A DNA stretch of 64,000 nt from Nymphaea colorata (taxonomy: Eukaryota): the NCBI RefSeq assembly GCF_008831285.2, contig NC_045138.2, forward strand, positions 35,712,001 to 35,776,000. Direction: 5' to 3'. This document shows positions 1 through 13,233 of this stretch, one piece after another (the first letter of the stretch is position 1; every line of letters starts with the position of its first letter). The notes below the pieces were generated by a model. The model did not search any database, was not told the DNA's origin, and saw nothing but the letters and a program-made list of their open reading frames with translations. Both the position numbers and the translations under genes were made by a program.

Positions 1-526
1 CTAGAGCTATGGATTGTTTTTAGTTAAGGACATATGTATTGGTCTATTTTTTGAATACCAGATGCCATTTGATTTATTTATATTTTGGTCACATTTAAAG
101 ATATTCTCACATTTGAAGCCTGGGATCTTTCTAGGAGCAGTGACAAAACCCTTTACAGTGCACACCTATAAAATCTGCTTGTGCAAGAAACGACATCCAT
201 GGAGTTTCAAATGTGGTGTTCTGCTGATAGCCAAGGCCCACTCCCGTTTCCACTGTGACAACCGCCTTGGGTATAAATGTTGCTGGGTTTTGCTAAGTGA
301 TACACCTAAAAACAGGCCAAAAGCGAACAACAAATTAAGTTAAATAATTGATCTGCTTATGAAATTCCAGTTCACACACAACCACACGTGCAGTCATGCA
401 CATTGCTCTAATTACCTTCTCCATGCTTCTTTCCAAGACTTCAAATGAAGAAGAGAGGTTTCCAGGATACCAGGTTTTTTGCATGCTTTCTGCTTCTTAA
501 TGATCCTAAAAAAATTGCTTTTGCAG

Positions 527-632
527 GGATTGAGCTTTATTGATCATCTTGAGGAGGTCTTATGATTTGTTAGTTTATCATTGACCAGCCATACTGAAGT
601 CAGCCGATTCCCTTTGGGATTGCACCTTTTAG
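527..632 (+). pseudogene. TIC110-like pseudo-exon, copy 1 (in-frame TGA)
   Basis: ttgcag|G...tag|gtaaat. Reads DxxFIDHLEEVL*FVSLSLTSHTEVSRFP. Paralogous to 5567-5676. Confidence 0.55.
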
Positions 633-719
633 GTAAATATTCTATCAAAAACACATATATATTTGATATGGGTGTTTACATGTGTGTGTGTGTGTGTGTT
701 TGTGTTTGTGCCTTGGTCA

Positions 720-819
720 NNNNNNNNNNNNNNNNNNNNNNNNNNNNNNNNNNNNNNNNNNNNNNNNNNNNNNNNNNNNNNNNNNNNNNNNNNNNNNNNN
801 NNNNNNNNNNNNNNNNNNN
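720..819. other. Assembly gap (100 N)
   Basis: Run of N in the sequence. Confidence 1.
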
Positions 820-3800
820 TAGTCGTTCCTCTGGGTCAATACGTAGAGATTACTGAAAGGCGCATAGCTGATTTGCGTCTCTCTTGCGAATCATGACCTA
901 TGAACTTTTGTCTAGTCGTGGCCTGAAAGCCTTCTGAACTCGAGCAAGTAAGTCCGAGGGGTGTTCTACACCTGGTACCCTAAGGCCAACTGGTCTGGGA
1001 GCTGCCGGCCCAAAGCTCGCTACACGGGTTCAGTAGAAAGCCCAATAGGCACGATATTGCACAAGACAAAACTACACAACCACCAAAATGGTGGAGCTTC
1101 GTAGTAGCCTTGGGGTGGTGAGGTATTTCCTCAAAGGTGAAGGGTGGCTCAGTTAGAAAAGAAAAAGAAAAAGAAAGAGCAAAATCAAAAGAAAATCTAA
1201 AATCAAAGCAGAAAGAAAAAAAAAAAGTGCCTGCAAGAATGAAAGACATGAAGGCCGAACTCTGAAGTATTGAATGAAAAATCTTTTTCAGATGGATGAT
1301 TCTAGGCTAATATTTGTTCCTCTTCTATGACTTTCTATGAAATTGAGGACGATTCCTCTATGCTCATGTTTTGGAAATGGAAAGAAATCCCTTGAAGAGA
1401 CTGGACAACATTGGTGCGAGATGAATCCAGACACTTAATGAATACTTCTGGTAAATGAAGGCCATATCTCCTGCACACTACGAGCACTCAAAGCCTATAG
1501 GGCAAAGAATTGAAAATTTTTTGAGCTATTTTAAAGACAAATCTTTGCAAAGGAAAACTTGACATCTTTTGCTACATTTGTGGCTCCTGGTTATTGGAGA
1601 AATCTAGTTCCCTTAGGACTTGATGGATGCAGCCCTTTCATTTCCTTCTATGCTAGTCCATTCACAGAATGGATGAAACATCTCAAAATTAGTCTACTCA
1701 TGCTAAGTGTGATGTCTTCCCCCGCTGTTCCCTAGATTTACCTCTTGCGCTTTCCCTCTAAATTTGATCTCCAACTCTATTTTCAGCTAAGCTTCAACTT
1801 CTTCCCTCCTGCTGTATGTTGGAATCCCAGCCATGGAGTTGTCCCTTAGGTCCTGTTTTTAGTGTCGCCCATCTTTAACCCTAATTTTACTAGTTGTTTT
1901 CTAAACTAGGTTAACTCATGTTTAATCTTATTTAAAATCTAGCCTCGGCCTTTGTTTTCAAATTTCATGCGTCATGTAGATCTGGCCATCTAGGCTCCAC
2001 GCATGCATGGATCCAATAATGTAAAGGTTTTTAAAGTATATTTTACATATTCTTAAAACACTAAGGTGGGTTTGTGGTACTTGCCAGGTCTTGTGATCTA
2101 TTTTGTTATATAAGGTTAATAACTACATATGGTGTTGTTTGATGAATTTGTGGAGATTGATGAATTTGTTTAAGTGCTACTTGAGCATTTAGTGAAACAG
2201 CAGAGCACTCGCTGTCTTTTTTGTGCATGTACTTTGCAAAAATATACTTCTCAGTCTTATGAAGCAACAAGGCCCAAGTATCATGTACAACTAAAGCTGT
2301 TATGCACATTTAGTTGCTTTTCAACTCGCATCGGTTACTTCTTTCATTTTGTTTTCAGGATTGTTTTTCCTGCATGAAGTTTCATCAAATCTTGGAATAT
2401 CAATTATTTATTCTTCAAGATAGCGGAAATGTAGCATGAAGTCCTTGAGTTGGTTGGAATTTTTCTAAACATGGTTGTTGTATTTCATCCGTTGATTGTT
2501 CATAATAGCAGTTATGAGTCACGTGTTTCCTCATTTTTTACTTTTAACATCTAAAAGTGGTGAGATCTTTTTTGCAAATGCCACAGGGTATCATAAGTCA
2601 TCATCGTTCTTCAGTTTCGTTTTTAATTTGTCTCTATTTTCCTTAAGATCGAATGGCACTACTCTATTTTATTGTCTTAATTTTCACTCTCATTGCATGG
2701 CCTTGTGAGGTGCCTGCTTTAAGTGGAATAACAAGTTCTTCTTCAATACGAGAAGCTCAAAACGGAGTTACCATTCCAATGAATCTTTAGTTGCAGGCAA
2801 TGTGATTTTTTAGTGGCTTGAACTTGACATTGAAATAGGTGGCATTCTTGTCTTGAGGGCTGAAGGTCGTGGGAGGGCCTCATGTACCTGCCATATTCCA
2901 TTGCTGTTGAAAGCTATGAATTTGGGCCTATAGGTGATTGTGATTAGTATTTTCAATTTAGGTTATCATGTATCTTTTAGGGACCTAGTATGAGGAGCTA
3001 ACCAAAAGACCTCTGAAACATTCTGATTGAATCTCCACAAATTGAAAGCACGTTCCTTTTCACAATCTAGTTTTAACTAAAGAGGCACAAACGTGTTCAA
3101 ATTTTTTGAATGGATCCTGGATAATTGAACAAACACAGGTCCTTATGCTGCTGTAAAACTGTGGGTGCTAACTAAACAAAATGCTGGTTTCTTTGGCAAT
3201 ATTTTCTGTAGATTCTGTATTATAAATTTTTGCTGCACAACTTATTGTTGGAAAGTGTCAATGTCCAAGGATGTCATGCACGATCTACTGTCAACACCAT
3301 CTATTTCTACTAGCACACCTGACATAGAAATTTCAAGTCTTGTGGAGTGTTGTAGCACCATTCAGAAAGCAGAAGTGTATAAGATGTAAGTGCTTAAGAT
3401 ATCTCATGGATCTTGCCTTTCTCATGTCTTCTGCACACTAATTGTTGGTTAACCAAGTTATTGCTGCTAACGTAAAATTCTCATTTTGTTGTTTCCACTT
3501 TCTTTTACAAATCCATTGCATTTATTTGATATCCTTAGTGTCATTTCTTGTACTTTGAGCTCCCATGCTGGTCCTAATGTCCCTTCTTGTACTTTGAGCT
3601 ATCATGTTGGTCCCGTTGTCGCCTACTGTACCTGGAAAGAGGAGAGTACCACTTCCACCTTTTATGGCAGGAGTAAGAAAGTTACTCTGAAATAACTCCA
3701 TGAGGACTGCATTTTTAGCCAAATTCTCTCTTTCTTTCTTGTTACATCTCTTCTCTATCCAGGTAAAGAAAATATCTGTACAAACTTCAAATTGTCTGAG

Positions 3801-5566
3801 ATAAGCCTATGATGCTGATCCAAATTCTGCCCATAGCTGCAGTTTGCACTTTACACTCTAAAAGTCTATGAAACTAGGACTGCTACTAGTGTGAACAAGC
3901 GGATCTCAAGGAAGTGCACATCCATTTTAAACATTGCATTTAGTTCCCCTTTTGCTGATTTAGTTTCACAATAGGATCAATAGAATGCCTTTTCTCCTTG
4001 ATATGCTAGGTCCTCTCAATGTACTTTTTTGGTTGTTCACTTGAATGTTGAAAAACGAGGCCATTACTGTGCTCATATGAAATTCTCAAAATTTTGGAAA
4101 TTTTTGAACTTCGGTGGTGGGTTAAGGTAGCATGTTGATAATTGTTTCTAGATTTGTGTATCATTCTTTAGGTAAACAGTGGCTCGCCTATTAATATTGT
4201 TTTTATCTTCAGTGTTCTCCCTAATTTAAAATTCAAATGTATTAGTAACGCTCGTTGTATCTGGTTTTCTTGATGTATCAAACTCATAAACTGATTTTGT
4301 AATCAACCATTCTCTCATAAGTCTCCTTTTTGCTAGGTTGAATTTCCTATTCAGGATGCTGTTAAATTATACTCAGAGAAACTAAAATTGATCAGCCTTG
4401 GTGAATCTCTCATTCTTTTGGCTTTATTTTCAAATTTTGTGTTTGTTGGTAGCATGTCAGGCTTGGCCAGGTGACTTGTATGCTTGCTCTGCCGAAGGCA
4501 TGCTTGAGTTTAGCTCTTCAAACTCCGGTGAAGTTTTATTGCTTTCAATAATTAAAGGAAAAGGAAAATGCCAATATTGCTAATACGAAGTCTTGCATGT
4601 CTCATCTAGATTTTGGCTGGTGTCCTAATTATCTAAATGCCCTGGCTGTGGTGAAGTCCAGATGAAGAAGCATGGTGATCCAGACGTCAATTACCATACC
4701 TAGAGCTATGGATTGTTTTTAGTTAGGGGCATATGTATTGTTCACATTTTTTGAATGCCAAATGCCCTTTGATTTATTGGTTATATTTTGGTCATATTTA
4801 AGGATATGCTCACATTTGTTGTTAAAAGGGCTCGTCCTTTCTTTCTGGCACAAGTTTGAACGAAAATCGAAGCCTGGATCTTCCTAGGAGCAGTGACGAA
4901 ACCCTTTACAGTGCACACCTATAAAATCTGCTTGTGCAAGAAACGACATCCATGGAGCTTCAAATGTGGTGTTATGCTGGATAGCCAAGGCCCACTCCTG
5001 TTTCCACTGTAACAACCGCCCTGGGTCTAAACGTTGCTGGGCTTTGCTAAGTGATACAACTAAAAACAGGCCAAAAGCAAACAACAAATTAAGTTAAATA
5101 ATTGATCTGCTTATGAAATTAAAATTACATACTTCAATGTCTAAAGCTTTGAGGGCAAAAAAGAAAGAGCCTGAGGTTACTGCTGTTGAAGTTGTTTTCT
5201 TGTGTAGAAAGGGGAAAAAAAATCAGCCTATATGTGGCGGTGGATGGGCATGATAAGAAACATTGCATTTTCTATCCTTCATCGCCAACGAATTCCTATA
5301 TTCATCGATAGCCCCTCCATGTGAGTGTCATTGAAGTTAGAACTCTAGTTACTTTTCTTGTGAATATCTTGTGGATAATAAAAATTAAATATTTGAATCA
5401 GTATATTTCCAGTTCACACACAACCACACGTGCAGCCATGCACGTTGCTCTAATTATCTTCTCCAATGCTTCTTTCCAAGACTTCAAATGAGGAGAGGTT
5501 TCAGGATGCCAGGTTTTTTGCATGCTTTCTACTTCTTCATGAACTTAAAAAAATTGCTTTTTGCAG

Positions 5567-5676
5567 GGAGTTGAGCGTTATTGATCATCTTGAGGAGGTC
5601 TTATCATTTATTAGTTTATCATTGACCAGCCATCCTGAAGTCAGCCGATCCCCTCCTGGGATTGCACCTTTTTCAG
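5567..5676 (+). pseudogene. TIC110-like pseudo-exon, copy 2
   Basis: ttgcag|...cag|gtaaat. Reads ELSVIDHLEEVLSFISLSLTSHPEVSRSPPGIAPFS, resembling the TIC110 segment V(V/I)EEL(E/D)KVLxFNNLLxSLKxH...FARG(V/L)GP (recalled, not searched). Confidence 0.6.
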
Positions 5677-7081
5677 GTAAATATTCTATCCAAAACAGGT
5701 ACATATTGGATAATACTCACTTGTGTGGTTTCCACTTCTGAGTTCAGTTATTATAGGACTTAATGGACATGTATGTGCTTGTCGTGTAACTATTGTCTGC
5801 TTGGGACTAATAATGCTCATCTTACTGTACTTCCCACTCGTTTTTCTTCATTTAATTTGAATGAAAAGCATGGTAATGCTATAAATCAATTATTTGATGC
5901 TACATAAGAGTCTGTACGTAAACACATCATATGTAGTAAACTAATTATTAGGTATTTGATGCCAAATAAAAGCAAAAACCTTCAACACTTCAAGACAGAA
6001 AACAAAAAGCAACAACTGAATCAAATAAGCCCCCGATGCAAACTGCTGGGAGAGTCAGCAACAAAAAATGAAAAGCAAAGAAAAAAAAAGATTAAAACAA
6101 CAAAGCAAAAAGAGGAGGAGGGACAACATAGGCTGGATGAGAGAAGTATAACGCAGGTTGCAAGTGGATTCGCTACAATCCAATATTGTTGTCACGCCAT
6201 AGAATAGGAGGTGTGGATGACAAAACCCCATGATCTTTGAGATGTGATTCCAACAGTTGTTGCACAGTCTTCGTCTTCTTGTTTCTTCTCTCTCCAAAAT
6301 AAGCGAATAAAGGGGAAGAAGAAAAAGAAGAGGAGGAGGAAATATACTCCCCCTCACGTAAAAACCAATTAGTAATGCTTTCTATGGTGATACTTGTGCT
6401 TTCTTAATGCACCAAATGGTCCTCACTGCTGGTGTTAATAATTTTGATTTGTTGCTTGTGGTTTTAAATTTAAGGCACATTTGCAACATGGAAATCTTGT
6501 GTCCAATGCTTTCATATCTGCATTTGTATCGCCTATTAATATTGTCTTATCTTCCGGTGTTCTCCGAAATTTAAAATTCAAATGTATTAGTAATGCTCTT
6601 TGTATCTGGTTTCCGTGATGTATCAACTATCAAGTATCAACTCAGAAACTGATTTTGTAATCGACATTCCTCTCATAAGTCTCCTTTTGCTAGGTTGAAT
6701 TTCTTATTGGGGATGCTGTTAAATTATACTCAGAGAATCTAAAATTGATCAGCCTAGGTGAATCTCTCATTCTTTTGGCTTTATTTTCAAATTTTGTGTT
6801 CATAGGTAGCATGCTCTGAATACATAGTAGTGTTCAGGCTTGGCCATGTGACTTATATGCTTGCTCTGCCGAAGGCATGCTTGAATTTAGCTCATCAAAC
6901 TCCGGTGAAGTTTTCTTGCTTTCAATAATTAAAGGAAAAGGAAAATATTCCAATATTTCTAATCTAGCATGTCTCGTCTAGATTTTGGCTAGTGTCCTAA
7001 TTATCTAAATGCCCCTCATATTCTATCTCAGGGTGATGTACTTTGAATCTGTCCATGTAATTTTTTAACTCATCTGATCAA

Positions 7082-8554
7082 CCGATGCCAATCAGAACCA
7101 GCTTATTGAATTGCGAACAACAGAGATCCAGTGTTAACTTCTTGATAAGGTTAATTTCTTCTCCAGTTTCTTTGCAGATATAAATAATTATGTTTCTTGC
7201 CATTCTTAATCTCGTTGATTTTTTTTTCTTATTAAAGTAACCTGTTTCTTTATGTTCTAGTTTAAATTCTTCATTCATTTTCTTTCCCCCACCTGTGTCA
7301 TTCTTAATCTCGTTGATTTTTTTTCTTATTAAAGTGACCTGTTTCTTTCTGGTCTATTTTAAATTCTTCATTCATTTTCTTTCCCCCTCCTGTGGCGGGT
7401 TGCTGCTGATTTGCTTCGGGAGCACATCAGGAAACTTATTGAAGAAAAAGTTGCAGCTGCGCTGGCTGTGGTGAAGTCCAGATGAAGAAGCAAGTAGGTT
7501 CATTGTGCTTGCTGCATGTAACTTAGTTCCTTAGTATATGAAGGCACCCTTTATTATTCCACATGGCATATGTGCATAACTGCATATGTGAATCTGATAG
7601 CTGTTCCAGCTTGTATGGATGAGTACATGCCGAGATTATTGTTTATTGCATAGTGTTCATGCTTATTATATAAATCTTTTTCTGCTTTCATAAATAATAG
7701 GAAGGAGGTCCAAAACTTTGCATCTCTTAAGAAGAAAGAAGATGGCAGCAGTTGATAGCTAGGCATAATTCATGTGTCTTTATGATGAAGATGGCAGCAG
7801 TTGATAGCTAGACATAATTCATGTGTCTTTCTGATGCAGGTCTGAAGTATTTACGATATTAACAAGTTTATCATGTCCTTTTAAAGTGGCAAATTTTAAA
7901 ACGGCATGGTGGTCCAGACGTCAATTACAATACCTAGAGCTATGGATTGTTTTTAGTTAAGGACATATGTATTGGTCATATTTTTTGAATACCAGATGCC
8001 ATTTGATTTATTGGTTATATTTTGGTCACATTTAAAGATATTCTCACATTTGAAGCCGGGATCTTTCTAGGAGCAGTGACAAAACCCTTTACAGTGCACA
8101 CCTATAAAATCTGCTTGTGCAAGAAACGACATCCATGGAGTTTCAAATGTGGTGTTCTGCTGCTTAACCAAGGCCCACTCCCATTTCCACTGTGACAACC
8201 GCCTTGGGTATAAATGTTGCTGGGTTTTGCTAAGTGATACACCTAAAAACAGGCCAAAAGCGAACAACAAATTAAGTTAAATAATTGATCTGCTTATGAA
8301 ATTCCAGTTCACACACAACCACACGTGCAGTCATGCACATTGCTCTAATTACCTTCTCCAATGCTTCTTTCCAAGACTTCAAATGAGAAGAGAGGTTTCC
8401 AGGATACCAGGTTTTTTGCATGCTTTCTGCTTCTTAATGATCCTAAAAAAATTGCTTTTTGCAGGGAGCTGAGCTTTATTGATCATCTTGAGGAGGTCTT
8501 ATGATTTGTTAGTTTATCATTGACCAGCCATACTGAAGTCAGCCGATTCCCTTT
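7082..8554 (+). pseudogene. TIC110-like pseudogene fragment, three consecutive exons (7082-7149, 7399-7493, 8465-~8554)
   Basis: Reads DANQNQLIELRTTEIQC*LLDK | VAADLLREHIRKLIEEKVAAALAVVKSR*RS | KELSFIDHLEEVL*FVSLSLTSH. Order and splice phases are mutually compatible and match the recalled TIC110 stretch ...LRxxQLxxxLSDE|LAxxLFREHTRKxVEENISxALxILKSRTR.... Contains three stops and a CGG in place of a CAG acceptor. Confidence 0.65.
7201..7395. repeat. ~98-bp tandem duplication
   Basis: 'cattcttaatctcgttgatttt...tctttccccc(a/t)cctgtg' at 7201-7298 and 7299-7395. Confidence 0.9.
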
Positions 8555-10214
8555 TCATTGCTTCCTCTTCAAATACTTCTATATAATTAATTAGATATCT
8601 TAATTTTGTCACGACTACATTATGATAATATTTTTTATTATTTACCTGCTTCCTTTGTACCCATGGACTCCTAAGAGAATTTCATATTATATTGATATTC
8701 TTCATCAATTATATAGTTAGTTGCCATAATGTGTAACATATTCTTCTTATCTTGTGTCCCTATACTAAAAACTAATATAAGGATGTCAACATTGACTTTA
8801 GAGTGAAATTTGTGTTGGCGAGCTTTTTTCTGCTTATTTCAAGAGCTAGCTGTATTTGCTGGCATGACACAAATGTTTAATTATAAAATCTATTATTTCA
8901 CATAAAGGCTTCTCATGATTAAAATATTTTACCCATTTTGAAACCTTTATTTTAATTATTCTAATACTTGCAATACTTTCTTCAAGGCTTACAATTATAC
9001 TGCACTTGTAATACCATTAAAAGGGGCCTGTGAAAGGGGCCTGTGATGCATCTGAATCGTAAATTGTATCTGAAGCAAATGACTGAAACATGGATCCATC
9101 ACTCCAAAATTTGGGAATGTTATTAGTGTTAAAGTCACATAAGTTAGATATTCATTTTTACAGTGCTTTTGCTTAACTACTTATTTTTTAACATTGAAGG
9201 GAGTCATGGATATTATTTAATGGAAATTCCAAATTTTGTAGTGAACTTGTAAACAACAATCAAGGAGCGGTAATCCCTGGAACAATCAGTGAGTTGTGGA
9301 ATATATATTTTCTTTTACAAGTATTCACACCATAATTGCAAATTTTTCTTTTACTCCATGTTAATTGATTTCACCTATATTTCGTGCAGACTTCATGTTC
9401 CTTATGTTAGTTGCTCTATTGGATTTGTGGCCTTCATGTTTTTGTGCATAATATTTATTAATGATGTTTATAGTTGTTGTTTGGTGAGTAATGCTTCAGT
9501 TCATGCATTCCTATATCATGTGAAACACTGGTTATCAATGATGCACTTCCTACATCATTGAAACACTAGCATGATTTCTGTTGGCATGCTTTATGATGCA
9601 GCAACTCCATCACATATAACATTTAGTGATGCATTCTATGCATAATAAAAGTTTGTTTTCATGCAGTGACAATCTTAGATTCTATGTTTTCTTTTAATTT
9701 TGGATGGTGTAGATCTTTTCCTTGTTTTTGAAAGTATTTGTTTAATCATGTGAATTCGATGTGTTTGTGTAACGTTTAGTATATTTTTTTTCTTGTTTCA
9801 AACTATAACACAAGCTAACTTTAGGTATAATTTCTAGAGGGAAATAAGTTATCACATGTTTATGTAAATTTTTATTTGAGGAGCGAAATGCAGTCCAAGT
9901 CACAACACAAAAGTTGCTAAATGCTCACAACAGGTAGATGCTCATTAGGGAGATGAACATGAGACTCGATGCTGGAAATACTAAATTTTATTAGATGAAT
10001 AATAGAAAGTACAAAAAAGAAGAATAGTTTTCAAGAGGGGAACAATCTCCCACATATATAGAAGACACCTTAAGTGCTAGCTGTCGAAGGTCCAAAAGCT
10101 AGTTGATTTTGGTGAAAAAAAAAGAAAAAGGAAAATAAATACAAAAAATAGAAGTAGAAAATACAAAAATATTTATACTAAAACCTACATAATAAGTACA
10201 CTTAGTTCATGTGT

Positions 10215-11390
10215 TTGAGATTAGATCATGAACATCTAAATATGATCAGATTAGACCACTTATCGAGATTGCAAGTTTGTTGCTCAAATTCAACATATTA
10301 ATGAGATTTGATCTTTGATCCAGATCATGGGTTCCTAAGTCAAATTCAACATCAAAACATCATTAGATTAGACATTCAATTCAAATCGTAGGTCTTAAAT
10401 ATAAATACAACACCTAAACTGGATTGGAATGACCTCTGATCCAAATTTGATATTTTGAATCCAAGTTCATCATCATTCCTAGGTCAAAACCAACCTAAGA
10501 TCATATTAGACCTATGATCCTGACCCTGTATCCAAAATCCAATTTCAACGCCTAAAGCTGATCAGGTAAACCATAGATCTAAAATTGTAATCAAACATTT
10601 GTATTAGATTAAGATTATACCATTGATCTAGACATGAGATGTAAATACAATTGCAACATCTAATAGGATAAATTTAGACACCTTGATCAATATCCTTAGT
10701 GTAATGTTTAAATTCGACATCTAAACCAGTTCCGATGAGACTTCTGATCTACATTACATGATCAAAATCCAAGTTCAACCTTTAAAGCAGATCAATTTTC
10801 GCCTCTAATCTAAACCAGAGGTTCTAAACCAAATTCAACACTTAAACCAGGTCAGGTTAGACCTCTGATCCAAATTTGAGATTTTAAATTCGAGTTGAAC
10901 ATCGTATCTGAGGTACCTATGAACAACATTTTGTCCGGCTCAAATTAGACCCCTGATCATCACCCTCTATCTGAAATCCAAATTCATCTAGTACAACTGA
11001 TGAGATGAGACATTTGATTCAAACCCTGAATCCAAAATCTAAATCCAACATCTGAATTTGATTATATTAGACCTCTGATCTAGAACAAAGATCTAAAATT
11101 CAAATCCAACATCTAAATTTGGTCAGATTAGACCGCTGATTGACGATTAGATTAGACCTCTAATCGAAACTATAGTTCTAAAATTGAAATCCAACATTTG
11201 AATTAGATTAAGATTAGGCATTTGATCTAGACATGAGATGTAAATTCAAATGCAACATCTAAATATGTTAAGATTAGAACCATTGATCCATATTCTTGGT
11301 GTAATGTTCAAATTCAACATCTTAACCGGATCAGATGAGACATCTGATCTACATTGTAAGATCAAAATCCAAGTTCAACCTCTAACACGA
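10215..11390. repeat. Degenerate ~60-bp tandem array (~19 units), preceded by LTR-like sequence (~9880-10200)
   Basis: Recurrent unit approx. 'gatcagattagacctctgatc...aaatccaa(a/g)ttcaacatctaaa'. 10601-10780 closely matches 11201-11380. Confidence 0.85.
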
Positions 11391-13224
11391 TCCAACTGAC
11401 CATAAGATGATCCCCTTTGGACAGTACGCAATTAAAACAAAGAAGTCATCACAACTTTCCTAGTCTACTAAGCACATGGTCTCGACAAAAGCAAATTTGA
11501 ACAATTTTGTTCTTAATGCACAAAATGGAAAAGGTGCCACCATCGATTTACCTCGTTTACTTTCAGTTTCGTATTCAACTTCTTATACTTGAAGTCTCGA
11601 TTTCAAGTAACTCCGTAAGAATAGAAACTGCCTGACCCTGTTAGTGTTGAGTGACTCCCGGTAACAGGAGCTGGTCATGGCCAGCAAAAATGAAGGAGAT
11701 CCAGGCTAACATGGCAACATAATCTCCATAAAAGTCAACAAACACATGACTCTGAACTGTATAACATGCAAGAAAGCCTACCTGCAAACCATGCAATATC
11801 TCAGGCATAGGGAGCTCAAGACACCAACTTTGCCCTGAACTGCATCAGGTTTTATACTTGGAAGGGCCAGTATTTTATCCTTTGTTGAAGAACATCTAGC
11901 ATAAATTGACAACCAGCCGTACTTGCTCTGAACAGATGACGGCTTTGTACAAAAGTCTCTCCTCTTTCGGTTGGAGGACAGAAAAATGACATCTTATTTG
12001 GAGAGGTTAAGAAAGGCTAAGAGATGGATAATTTTCTCCCTGAGCTGTGATTCTAAAAGGGGCATAGTTTTTACCATGCGTGTTTAGAAAAGCTCGCCCG
12101 CTCTGTTTCCATCAAAGCCACCAAAGAAGTTTGAGGTTTTTGGATTCTGGCCCCTTTCTTGTCTTCATCATCTGTAGCAAAATTAAGAGCACACAGGCAA
12201 GATATCGAATGAGGCTTTTCAAGAGAAGAAAAAAATGACTTGGCTTCTTCCACAATTACCATGGAAGAGGAAGCCACAAGTTGGAAAAAGCCACTTACTA
12301 TGACATCTATCACAGCCAAAGAGAGGTCACATTATTCTGCAGTTACAACAGCACTCCAGAGAACAGGCAACAATTCAAACTCACCATTGGTGTTTCACCT
12401 AAAGCATAACCAGCAAGCAAAATCAGTGCGAGCAGATATCTGACTTTTCTTTTGTGCACAACAGAGACTGACTTCACATCAGCTAAAGCTTTGAGGTTTG
12501 AGCCAGCAGACTTGATGACCAATAAGCGTACTATAGAACATGTTTGCTATCATTTGATGGCGAAACGTCTTTCCTCTCTCTTTTCACCTCTTTTTTTATT
12601 GTGCATTGTATTGACTGTTTTTGTATTTGTCTTCAAATTTTATTATATATATTTTCATTTTATCGACTTAAGAACATAACGCATATTATATTAGAGGTCT
12701 GTAGAGATGACGGTCATTCATCTCAAACAGTAGGAATGAACCTATCGCACATCCAAACCGTCCTAACGATATTTTGTTGACAAATTCAAAAGCTCGTATT
12801 CGAGTGAAAACGTTTCACCGTTAGGTCGCGTTTGATTGCTTGGAGAAATTCTATTCAAGGGCGACGTCAAAAGAATCGAAGGTCGAACGAGGTTGGAAGA
12901 CGCGACAAGTTAAAAAGCTCTTGTTCGAGTGAAAATTTCATTGTCTGCTTGGAGAAATATTGTTGAGAAGGGGCAACTGTTATACGAAATGTACGCGTTC
13001 CCTCCGTCGTCAAACACAGATATATTTTTCGGCGGTAAGCTATTGAGAAGGTGGTTAATTTGCCTCCATGCAACCGTCAGAAGATCGCAGCGTCGGCCTT
13101 CCTCCTCCACGCCAACAGTTCAACTGACCCTCTTCCTCTGTGCGTCTCCGTCCACCGGTGAGAGGTAAGGGGGATCTCTCTCTCTCTCTCTCCCTCTTTA
13201 TCGCCGGTTGCGAGTTAAAAGTTA

Positions 13225-13233
13225 AAACCCTAA
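13225..13233 (+). promoter_or_regulatory. Telo-box (AAACCCTAA) in the UTP23 5' region
   Basis: Exact motif in the 5'-UTR intron (probable donor ~13165, acceptor 14064). Telo-boxes are typical of plant ribosome-biogenesis and translation genes. Confidence 0.5.

Larger units (their letters stand above)
1..8554 (+). repeat. Decayed tandem triplication (shared block starts at 1, 4700 and 7934)
   Basis: The block 'ctagagctatggattgtttttagtta...gaagtcagccgat' recurs at 1-~612, 4700-~5700 and 7934-8554. 4185-4640 also matches 6527-7014. Copies 1 and 3 both lack 5119-5407 of copy 2 and share an in-frame TGA. Confidence 0.95.

Noticed and set aside
820..1250. Possible Gypsy/Athila-like non-coding remnant after the gap
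   Set aside because: Only a vague resemblance; no termini, PBS, PPT or coding motif to support it.
2350..3400. Exon-like AG...GT segments (also 9200-9288)
   Set aside because: No recognisable protein and no consistent reading frame.
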